From positions 739-64,738 of the forward strand of contig JACRCN010000044.1 of the NCBI GenBank assembly GCA_016219005.1: a DNA stretch of 64,000 nt. Direction: 5' to 3'. The stretch's first letter is position 1; every line of letters starts with the position of its first letter. Position numbers and translations under genes: made by a program. Below, one piece after another: positions 1 to 10,606 of this stretch. The notes under the pieces are model-generated. The model searched no databases, had not been told where the DNA came from, and was given only the letters and a program-made list of their open reading frames with translations. The DNA comes from Deltaproteobacteria bacterium. Lineage in GTDB: Bacteria; Desulfobacterota; Desulfobacteria; Desulfobacterales; SpSt-501.

Positions 1-923
1 GCGAGCTCCCGGTGATATTCCTCGTAGTGCGCATCCCCGAACACACCGAGAGGCAGGCCGCCCTGCCCGGCCAGCTCATCGAATTCGCCGGAGCGCGGCT
101 CATACACGAGGGCCGGTTCGTGGCCGGCGCGGACCCAGCGGATGCTCTTGGCCTTGCAGTCGATTTCCGCATAAAAGAGCGTCATGAATCGGCCCGAGGT
201 CTGCACGTCGTGCGTCAAGTGGCGGTTGACCTGGCCGACAATGGCTGACACGCTGCCGCGCTGCGAGGCGCATTCCCTCAAAAACGCCCGGGCCGTGGTC
301 ATCAGCAGCGCCGACGGAAGGCCGTGATCCGAGACATCCCCCACGACGATACTGATCGCGCGGCTCGCGCTGTCCGACTTCTCGAAATAGTCGTAATAAT
401 CGCCGCCCGTCTGGTCGCAGAACAGGCTCCGGCCGCCAACGTCCAGCCCGTCCCAGACGGAGCCGCCGTTCGGCAGCAGGTTCTGCTGGACCTCCATGGC
501 CTGCGTCAGCCAGCGGCGGCTGCGCTTGTTGAACTTGCGTTCTTTGTGGCTGCGCCGGTATTCATTAATGCCGGTCTGGACGGCCTCCAGGAGATTGTCC
601 GGCGAGCAGGGCTTGGTGAGAAACCGGAAAATGTTGCCCTGGTTCACGGCCTGAATGGCCGTACCGAGATCCGCGCTGCCCGTGAGCAGCATGCGCACCG
701 TTTCCGGCGCGATCTCCCGGGCCCGGCCGAGAAATTCGATCCCATTCATGCTGGGCATGCAGTAATCCGTGACGACCACGGAGAAGGGGCCGTCGCGCCG
801 GAGCACGTCAAGCCCTTCGGCGCCGCTTTCAACGGTCTCGATGGTCACCTTTTTTCGCAACTGTCGCTGGAAAGCCGCCAGTATCTTAGGGTCGTCATCC
901 ACAAAAAGCACTCGGTTAGACAC
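1..923 (-). CDS. Response-regulator receiver fused to a PP2C/SpoIIE-type serine phosphatase (RsbU/HsbR-like). The 3' end runs off the window.
   Basis: Absent from the ORF track because it is open at the window edge. Manual minus-strand translation from GTG at 921-923 gives VSNRVLFVDDDPKILAAF...FSVVVTDYCMPSMNGIEFL...FRFLTKPC (REC). This is followed by GGDYYDYF...IVVGDVSDHGLPSALLM...GRFMTLFYAEID (PP2C/SpoIIE-like). The start overlaps the stop of the upstream gene by 8 nt. Confidence 0.8.
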   Translation of the reverse strand, partial: MSNRVLFVDDDPKILAAFQRQLRKKVTIETVESGAEGLDVLRRDGPFSVVVTDYCMPSMNGIEFLGRAREIAPETVRMLLTGSADLGTAIQAVNQGNIFRFLTKPCSPDNLLEAVQTGINEYRRSHKERKFNKRSRRWLTQAMEVQQNLLPNGGSVWDGLDVGGRSLFCDQTGGDYYDYFEKSDSASRAISIVVGDVSDHGLPSALLMTTARAFLRECASQRGSVSAIVGQVNRHLTHDVQTSGRFMTLFYAEIDCKAKSIRWVRAGHEPALVYEPRSGEFDELAGQGGLPLGVFGDAHYEEYHREL

Positions 924-2142
924 GTTCGGTCTCCCTCGAACAGATCCCGCGACAAGTCCCCTCCCATGCGCCAAACCGTTCCGCCACGTTCAGCTGTTTG
1001 AGGACCTCCGGGTCGACGGCGGCAGCTGCTTCGTCCCCGGGCGTTCCGGAGAGCATATGCTCCAAGCCATTGGCCGCGTAGACGACCGCCAGCACCCGGG
1101 TAAGGGTTGACGCCCGTGACGGGCATTGGTGGTAGGCAATGGCATCCACCACTTCCTCGCCAATCCCCCACAGACCCAGCAGGTAGGCGCCAAGCTCGGC
1201 ATGCGAGCCCCCGAAGATTTCCTGCTCGAGTTCTGCCGCAGGCCGCCGGTGCGCCCGGGATCGCATGACGACATCGGCATAGAGTTCCGGGAAATTGTGG
1301 GCCAGGATCAGTTTTCCGACGTCGTGAAGAACTCCGGCCGTGAAGGCTTCGTCCTGTGCCGTGCGCGGGAGCTTTTCGCCGACCGCGATGGTCCGCGCGA
1401 ACAGGCCTGTGTTCATACTGTGCTGCCAGAGCGCATTCACATCCATGCACCGCACCCGCTTCGCATCGAATTGGGAAAAAATCTTGTTGGACAACACCAG
1501 GGCTTTCAGTGTGTCGTATCCCAGCATGGCCACCGCGTCCTGGGGGTTCAGGATGCGGCGGGTCAGTCCGAAAAAGGCGGAATTGACGATCTGCAGAACC
1601 TTGGCGGTCATGCCGACATCGCGCGCTATGAGATCCCCCACCCTCCTGAACGAGGAATTCGGCGCTTGGATCTCCGCGAGCAGTTCCGCATAGATCTCCG
1701 GCAGGCTTGGCAGGGAATCCAGCCGCGCCAGCAACTCCTTCAGGCGGCGGTCGTCCACCCAGCGGCGTAGGGCGAATGCCTGTGACAAGGCGGACTTGAG
1801 GGCCTCGGCATCGCACGGTTTGGCCAGGTACCGATGGGCGCAACGCACCGTCTTGAAGCCCGATGCCTGGTTCATCTCCCCGGACAGCACGATCCGCACC
1901 ATGTGCGGATGACGATCCTTCACGGTGTTGAGCAACTGCTCCCCGTCCATCCCCGGCATGCGCAGGTCGGTCACCACCGCGTCGAAGGCTTCGCGCTCCA
2001 GCAGACTGAGGGCCTCCCGGCCGCTCGCCGCGAATTGCATCGCCCAGGCCTCCCGCTCGCCACGCAGCATCCGCTTCAGGCCCTGCAATACCAGAGGCTC
2101 GTCGTCCACGAAGAGAACGGCACACGCATTGGGATGGGTCAT
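916..2142 (-). CDS. Response regulator with C-terminal HDOD domain
   Basis: N-terminus VLFVDDEPLVLQGLKRML...AVVTDLRMPGMDGEQLL...RYLAKPC matches REC. C-terminal LPSLPEIYAELL...AKVLQIVNSAFFGL...GVLHDVGKLIL...HAELGAYLL matches HDOD. ATG start at 2140-2142, one nt after the kinase stop. Confidence 0.9.
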   Translation of the reverse strand: MTHPNACAVLFVDDEPLVLQGLKRMLRGEREAWAMQFAASGREALSLLEREAFDAVVTDLRMPGMDGEQLLNTVKDRHPHMVRIVLSGEMNQASGFKTVRCAHRYLAKPCDAEALKSALSQAFALRRWVDDRRLKELLARLDSLPSLPEIYAELLAEIQAPNSSFRRVGDLIARDVGMTAKVLQIVNSAFFGLTRRILNPQDAVAMLGYDTLKALVLSNKIFSQFDAKRVRCMDVNALWQHSMNTGLFARTIAVGEKLPRTAQDEAFTAGVLHDVGKLILAHNFPELYADVVMRSRAHRRPAAELEQEIFGGSHAELGAYLLGLWGIGEEVVDAIAYHQCPSRASTLTRVLAVVYAANGLEHMLSGTPGDEAAAAVDPEVLKQLNVAERFGAWEGTCRGICSRETERV

Positions 2143-2143
2143 G

Positions 2144-3424
2144 TCACACCGCCTGTTTATCGAGGGGCAGGTTGATGGTGAAAGTAGTCCCCAGCCCCAC
2201 CTCCGATTCGAAAAAGATTCGGCCGCCGTGTTTGTCCACGATCACCGGGTGGCAGATGGCCAGGCCCTGACCGGTGCCTCGGCCGGGCTCCTTGGTCGTG
2301 AAAAAGGGATCGAAAATGCGGGGCCGGATCGCCTCCGGAATGCCGCCGCCGGTGTCACGGATCTGAATCTCGGCCCAGTCGTCCTTGCGACGCGTGGCGA
2401 CGGTAATGACCCCTTTGGACATCCGCCCCTGTTTCACCTGGTCCTCGATGGCATGGGCCGCGTTGACCACCAGGTTCAGGATCACCTGGTTGATCTCCCC
2501 CGGATGGCAAGACACCTCCGGGAGCGAGCGGTCGAAGTCGGTCACCAGATCCGCCACATACCTCCACTCGTTGCGCGCCACCGTCAGGGTGGTCTCGATG
2601 ATCTTGTTGAGGTCCGCCGGCACCTTGTCCTCCCGGCCGGGATGGGCGAACTCCTTCATGGCCCGCACGATCTTGGCAATGCGATCGATCCCCTCCAGGG
2701 TGTGGCGGATCGCGAGGGGGATCTCGTGGGTGAGGTAGTCGAGGTCCGCCCGCCGGATGGACTCGTCCACGGCGCGGATCACCTCCGGGCGGACGGGTCC
2801 GGACCGGGCGTCCCGCAGAAGGCCGGCCTGCTGTGTTACCACATCCATCAGGTCGGCAAAGGCGTCTTGAAGAAAGCGTGTGTTGTCGCCCACGTACTGG
2901 GTCGGCGTGTTGATCTCGTGGGCGATACCCGAGGCCAGCTGTCCGATGGTCCGCAGCTTCTGCGCCTGGGTGAGTTGTTGTTCCAGGTTCTTGCGCTCCG
3001 TGGTGTCGGCGCCGATGATGGTGATCCCCAAAAACACATCACCGTCCCGGGTCAGCGGATGAATCGTCAGCCCCAGCACCCCGTCCTTGCCGTTTGTGCG
3101 CACGAAGGACACGTCGTCGACCCGGATCGAAACACCTTCCTCGCGACACGCGCTGATGCCCCGGCGTATCCGGTCCCAATCCCAGTGAATGCCGGTGTCC
3201 TCCAGGAGTTTGCCGCGAGTCTGCGCGGCGGTGGCGCCGAGCACACTGCCGGCCATCTGGTTCCAGCGCGTGACCCGCAGGTCCTGGGACAGCCCGATCA
3301 GGATGGTCGGCAGCGTGTCCAGCAACTGCTCGGTCTCCTGCAGGGCCCGCTGCGCCTCCGGCCTCTCGGCTTTAGGCTCCGGCGGCTGCTCGGTTCCCGT
3401 CAACGTGTCCAAAATCACGGGCAT
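2144..3424 (-). CDS. PAS-domain sensor histidine kinase
   Basis: The H-box is [21 protein letters not shown] boxes are [10 protein letters not shown] and RDTGGGIP...GTGQGLAI, and a PAS-like segment lies upstream. I prefer ATG at 3424 (GGAGG 4 nt upstream) over the GTG at 3448 used by the ORF track. Confidence 0.9.
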   Translation of the reverse strand: MPVILDTLTGTEQPPEPKAERPEAQRALQETEQLLDTLPTILIGLSQDLRVTRWNQMAGSVLGATAAQTRGKLLEDTGIHWDWDRIRRGISACREEGVSIRVDDVSFVRTNGKDGVLGLTIHPLTRDGDVFLGITIIGADTTERKNLEQQLTQAQKLRTIGQLASGIAHEINTPTQYVGDNTRFLQDAFADLMDVVTQQAGLLRDARSGPVRPEVIRAVDESIRRADLDYLTHEIPLAIRHTLEGIDRIAKIVRAMKEFAHPGREDKVPADLNKIIETTLTVARNEWRYVADLVTDFDRSLPEVSCHPGEINQVILNLVVNAAHAIEDQVKQGRMSKGVITVATRRKDDWAEIQIRDTGGGIPEAIRPRIFDPFFTTKEPGRGTGQGLAICHPVIVDKHGGRIFFESEVGLGTTFTINLPLDKQAV

Positions 3425-3444
3425 CACGCCTCCATTGGCCGGCC

Positions 3445-3909
3445 TCACCGACGCACGTCCACCCAGATTCCCATGTCCCGCAACAGGTTGAGTGCCGCGT
3501 CCCGGTCGACGTCCGAATCCCGGCGGCTGGCCGCGACGATGGCCTGCAGCACGTCGTCGCTCACCCCGGCCTTCTTGAGTTCGATGATGTCCGCGGCCGT
3601 CGTGAAGCGGATGGAGCGCAGGTCTTTGCCGTAAACGATCGGCTCGCGGTCCTTCAGGAAGGATCCCTCGGCGAGGATGGTCTGCAGGGTGCCCTCGCCG
3701 ATCCCGGCCGCCTTCATGGCCAGGATCTCGTCCACGGTGAACGCGGCGGTCTCAATCGTCTTCTCCTTGGCCATGACCTCGAGGGTTTGGTCGCTGACCC
3801 CGGCTTTCTTGAGCCGCACCGCATCCTTGGCATCCAAGCCGAAGGCCATGGAAGACATCGCCACGATCCCGATCAAGACCCACGCTGTCTTCAGCATCAT
3901 CGTCTGCAT
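3445..3909 (-). CDS. Secreted/periplasmic protein with three ~24-aa repeats; unknown function
   Basis: Signal-peptide-like MQTMMLKTAWVLIGIVAMSSMAFG. Three repeats: AVRLKKAGVSDQTLEVMA, ILAMKAAGIGEGTLQTILA, IIELKKAGVSDDVLQAIVA. ATG start. Confidence 0.65.
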   Translation of the reverse strand: MQTMMLKTAWVLIGIVAMSSMAFGLDAKDAVRLKKAGVSDQTLEVMAKEKTIETAAFTVDEILAMKAAGIGEGTLQTILAEGSFLKDREPIVYGKDLRSIRFTTAADIIELKKAGVSDDVLQAIVAASRRDSDVDRDAALNLLRDMGIWVDVRR

Positions 3910-3937
3910 GTCCGAAATCCCTGCCAGGCGTTTGGCC

Positions 3938-3962
3938 GGTGAACGGGTGCCGCCCGTTCACC
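3938..3962 (-). terminator. GC-rich hairpin downstream of flgL; possible terminator or processing site
   Basis: GGTGAACGGG-tgccg-CCCGTTCACC is a perfect 10-bp stem, 55 nt after the flgL stop. No U-tract follows. Confidence 0.3.
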
Positions 3963-4016
3963 CTCGCAGCCGGCGGCGACGGATTGACGGGTCATCGCGC
4001 AACCGGGCCGACGGTT

Positions 4017-4928
4017 CTACCCGAGAAAGTCCACCAGCCCGCGCTGGATGATCTTGGCCGCCGCGGCCATGGACGTTTCATAGGCGGTCTGGAGGTTGTT
4101 CAGCTCGACGGCTACCCGGGTGATATCGGCGTCTTCGTCGCGCCCGATGGCATCCTGGACCTTGGCTTTGAAATGGGTCCAGTACTCTTCGCTGGCCTCG
4201 AGCCGGTAGAGCTTGGGTGCTGCCTCGGAGCGCTTGTTCGTGATCTGGACATGCGCGTCATCAAGCGGGTCGACGGTTGCCTGGATCTGGGTTGTGCCGG
4301 CGGTGAGATCCGCGTTTTCGAGGCCGTTGATGAGATTCCGCAGTTGATCGAAGATGTTGACGCCGCCGTCGGCCGCATCCTGAAAATAATTTCCCCCGTC
4401 GGCATCCACGCTGACCTTGACGTTGTCGACGACGGGGATCTGAAAGCTCCCGTTGTCGCCGTGGTAGGTGGCGTTGTAATTCGCGTCCCGGGTGAAGGGT
4501 GCCGCGTCCGTCTGGTAGCCCGCGAACATGTAGCGCCGGCCGAACCTGGAGTTGGCGAGCTGGATCACCTGGTCGTAGATCTCTTTGACGTTCTCGGCCG
4601 CGAGGGCCCGCTCGCCCGCCGTGACTTCCGCGCCGCTGTTGGCCTCCGCCAGTTCCCGCGCCTGCTGGACGAGGTCGTCCACTTGTTCGAGAGTTTTCTC
4701 GTTGATCTCCAGCCGGGTCTTGCCCTGCTTGATGTTTTCCACGTACTGATCGATAGCGGCCAGGCTCGAACGTCCGTCCAGCACGCGCGCCATGCCGCCA
4801 GGGTCGTCCGACGGCCGGTTGATGCGCTTCTGGCTCGCCAACTGCTCCTGGCGCTGCAGCATGGCCGCGGTCTGCTTCTGGATGTTGTTTATGAATATGT
4901 TCGACATCATGTTCTGTGTGACTCGCAT
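4017..4928 (-). CDS. flgL: Flagellar hook-associated protein 3 (hook-filament junction)
   Basis: MRVTQNMMSNIFINNIQKQTAAMLQRQEQLASQKRINRPSDDPGG is a flagellin-like N-terminus typical of FlgL. It sits after flgK. AGGAGG lies 5 nt upstream of the ATG. Confidence 0.9.
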   Translation of the reverse strand: MRVTQNMMSNIFINNIQKQTAAMLQRQEQLASQKRINRPSDDPGGMARVLDGRSSLAAIDQYVENIKQGKTRLEINEKTLEQVDDLVQQARELAEANSGAEVTAGERALAAENVKEIYDQVIQLANSRFGRRYMFAGYQTDAAPFTRDANYNATYHGDNGSFQIPVVDNVKVSVDADGGNYFQDAADGGVNIFDQLRNLINGLENADLTAGTTQIQATVDPLDDAHVQITNKRSEAAPKLYRLEASEEYWTHFKAKVQDAIGRDEDADITRVAVELNNLQTAYETSMAAAAKIIQRGLVDFLG

Positions 4929-4982
4929 GGGGACCTCCTATACTCCGAGCTTCGAACTCCGCCTTCCAGTTCCGAGCTCCTT

Positions 4983-7954
<2,972 letters not shown>

Positions 7955-7971
<17 letters not shown>

Positions 7972-8353
7972 GAAACACCCCCTTTCCCAGCACGTTCTTG
8001 ACCTTGTCCCGGATGATTTCCGGAGAGAAGGGCTTGTGAATGAAATGGACGCCCTTGCGCTGTAGCCGATCGATGCGGGTCTGGCTGCCCTCGGTGGAGA
8101 TGACGATCGTGGGGATCGTTTTCAGGTTGGGGCTGGCCTGCATGTGTTCGATCATTTCCTCGCCCGTCATCACCGGCATGTTGATATCGGCGATAACGAG
8201 GTCGATCCACTCCCGTTCAAGGGCCTCGAGACCCTCGCGACCGTTGGCGGCCTGGTGGATCTCCCCCAGCTGAAGACCGCTCAGCTGCACGGTCTTCTGG
8301 ATCATCGCACGCATCACTGCGCTGTCGTCGACTATCAGCACGTTGACTGCCAT
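7955..8353 (-). CDS. cheY: Single-domain chemotaxis response regulator
   Basis: 132 aa: VLIVDDSAVMRAMI...LVIADINMPVMTGEEM...IVISTEG...FIHKPF. Confidence 0.9.
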
Positions 8354-8422
8354 GGAACACCTGCTTCTTCCCGCTTGAGTTGTTGCCCTCCGCGACGGTT
8401 CTGCCGCGCCTCCCGCTCACCG

Positions 8423-9268
8423 CTACGCCGCCAGCGCCTGGGAAAGCTCGTTGGCCCACTGCAGGGTTTGGCTGGCGACTTTTTCCAGGTGCGACGTGGT
8501 GATCCCCAGCCGCTTCGTCACCACGGGCGAGGGCCGATAGTTCAGGCCCTCGCGGCCCACCCCGATCCCGATCATCAGACAGAGCATGTTCGCCACGTGA
8601 ACGACGTCCATTATCGGGTCGATGCGCTGCGCTTGCTCGGGTTCGTGATGCCAGCGTACGGCGTGCACGATGCCCTCCGGAAGCGACCATTTCGAAAGCA
8701 CCTGGGCGCCGACTTCGGCGTGGTTGGTGCCTAAAACGATGGATTCGGCAGTCTCGAACGGCAGCCCCTGGTCCAGGGCCAGCGCAATCTTGACATAATC
8801 GTTATGGACGAACTGCCCCAGGATGATCTTTCCGACATCGTGCAGCAGCGCCGCGGTGAAGACTTCCTCCCCCCCATCAAGCTTGAGCGCTCGCACCAGG
8901 CCCTCGGCCGCCACGGACACGGCCAGGGAGTGCCGCCAGAGCTCGCCGGCGGGCAGATCGTAGCCAGGCACCGTACGGTCCATGATGGCGCTGGTGCAGG
9001 TGGCGATGACCATCTGGACCATCCGCTTCAACCCGAGCAGGATCACCGCCTGCCGCACGGAACCAACCTTGGACGGAATCCCGAAATAGGCTGAGTTCGC
9101 CAACCTGAGAAGGTTCGCGGTGAGCCCGGGGTCCTGGCGCAGGATGGATTCGATCTGCGCTATGCTGACATCGGGATCGTCCACCAGCGTCAGCAGTTTG
9201 ACCGCCGCCCCCGGCATGCCGGGGAATTTCTCGACCTGCGCAACGATGGGGTGTTCCTTGGTCGTCAT
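8423..9268 (-). CDS. Stand-alone HDOD-domain protein inside the che operon
   Basis: FPGMPGAAVKLLTL...LLRLANSAYFG...AALLHDVGKIILG...NHAEVGAQVL matches the HDOD pattern. ATGA overlap with the cheD stop. Confidence 0.85.
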   Translation of the reverse strand: MTTKEHPIVAQVEKFPGMPGAAVKLLTLVDDPDVSIAQIESILRQDPGLTANLLRLANSAYFGIPSKVGSVRQAVILLGLKRMVQMVIATCTSAIMDRTVPGYDLPAGELWRHSLAVSVAAEGLVRALKLDGGEEVFTAALLHDVGKIILGQFVHNDYVKIALALDQGLPFETAESIVLGTNHAEVGAQVLSKWSLPEGIVHAVRWHHEPEQAQRIDPIMDVVHVANMLCLMIGIGVGREGLNYRPSPVVTKRLGITTSHLEKVASQTLQWANELSQALAA

Positions 9269-9738
9269 AACAGCCTCTTAATGCCTGCGCTGCTGAGCGT
9301 GACCTGGCCGTTGGAGACGTCGAAGTGGATCGTGCGGCTGTTCGTGCCGCCGACGTCCTCGGACTCCAGCAGGATGTTGTTCTTCCACAAAAGCTTTTTC
9401 AGCACCGTGTAGTTGCGTTCGCCGATCTTGAACACCTCGTTCTTGCCCATCGGGTTGCCGCAACCCGCCGCCTTCACCACCAGCCGCCCTTTGAGAGCCC
9501 CCTTCTCGTAGAGCGATCGGAACAGCATCGGGACCCCCGTATCCACGAACATGGCGGGATTGGCCTGGGCTTTCTGCGGATTGATGCTGGAAAGCGACAG
9601 CATCGCGTGCAGCAGACCGCCCACTTTGGCCACCGGGTCGAAGACCGTCAACCCCAGACAACTTCCCAGGGCGTGGGTCACCAGCATGTCGCCATCGCAC
9701 CCGATTTTAAAATCCCCGACGTTAACGATATGGTTCAT
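9265..9738 (-). CDS. cheD: Chemoreceptor glutamine deamidase CheD
   Basis: MNHIVNVGDFKIG...THALGSCLGLTVFDP...GGLLHAMLS...KAAGCGNPMG. The ORF-track frame extends to 10248, but that upstream part overlaps cheR and is low-complexity. ATG at 9736-9738. Confidence 0.9.
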   Translation of the reverse strand: MNHIVNVGDFKIGCDGDMLVTHALGSCLGLTVFDPVAKVGGLLHAMLSLSSINPQKAQANPAMFVDTGVPMLFRSLYEKGALKGRLVVKAAGCGNPMGKNEVFKIGERNYTVLKKLLWKNNILLESEDVGGTNSRTIHFDVSNGQVTLSSAGIKRLL

Positions 9739-9764
9739 GAATTCCCCGATCCGCGCGAGCACCG

Positions 9765-10580
9765 TTACTTCTGATACACCGCCGGCCGCACGTAGCGAAA
9801 ACGATGCTTGACCGACGAAAGACCCTCCGAGTGGCCCACGAACAGGTGTCCCCCGGGCTCCAGGAAGTCCCAGAACCGGTTGATGAGCTCCTGCTGGGTG
9901 GGCCGGTCGAAGTAGATCATCACGTTGCGGCAGAAGATCACCTGGAAAAGCCCCTTCATCGGCCAGGGATCCATCAAATTTAAATGCGCGAAGTGCACAA
10001 GCGCGCAGGCCTCGGCGGCGATCTGGCAGCTGCCGGAGCGGTCGTTGCGCCGCACGGTGAAGTATTTCCGGTATGCCGGAGTCGGCACCTCGTCCACGGC
10101 GTCCTGCGGGTAAACCGCTTGAAGGGCCTTGTCGAGCATCCGCCGCGAAATGTCGGTGGCGAGAATACGCACGTCCTTGCGCTCGATCGCCGGCAGGTGC
10201 TCCCGCAGCAGGATCGCCAGGCTGTAAGGTTCCTCCCCCGAGGAGCACGCCGCGCTCCAGAAGCGCACCCGCGACGTATTCATCCCCGGCAGCACCTGCT
10301 CGCGCAGAAAATGGAAGTGGTCCACCTCCCGGAAGAAACTCGTCTTGTTGGTGGTCATGACATCGATCAGGGCAGCCACCTCGCCGCTGCCCCGATCGCT
10401 GTCGATAAAATCGATATAATCCTCCACCCGGCTCATCCCCAGAAAGCGCAGCCGTTTCATCAGGCGCGCCCGGACCAGGGCCTCTTTGCCTTCCTTCAGG
10501 TTAATGCCGGCGGTCCGGTAAACCATGGCACTGATCTTCTGAAACTGTTTCGGATTCAGGTCTGCGACGGCCAGGTTCAT
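9765..10580 (-). CDS. cheR: Chemotaxis protein methyltransferase
   Basis: TTNKTSFFRE..HF...RFWSAACSSGEEPYSLA...ILATDIS...FQVIFCRNVMIYFD matches CheR. Confidence 0.95.
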   Translation of the reverse strand: MNLAVADLNPKQFQKISAMVYRTAGINLKEGKEALVRARLMKRLRFLGMSRVEDYIDFIDSDRGSGEVAALIDVMTTNKTSFFREVDHFHFLREQVLPGMNTSRVRFWSAACSSGEEPYSLAILLREHLPAIERKDVRILATDISRRMLDKALQAVYPQDAVDEVPTPAYRKYFTVRRNDRSGSCQIAAEACALVHFAHLNLMDPWPMKGLFQVIFCRNVMIYFDRPTQQELINRFWDFLEPGGHLFVGHSEGLSSVKHRFRYVRPAVYQK

Positions 10581-10606
10581 GATGTTCGCGGTTCCTCCAT
10601 AAGCCC

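Noticed and set aside
9739-10248. N-terminal extensions of track ORFs: cheD to 10248, cheA to 13363, flgN to 13776, fliO to 29682, flhG to 21930, the FlrC-like gene to 44253, the methyltransferase to 62883, and the giant GT to 59193.
   Set aside because: The extensions overlap the preceding well-supported gene and are Arg/Pro/Gly-rich. In each case an internal ATG or GTG with a proper Shine-Dalgarno sequence coincides with the start of recognisable homology.
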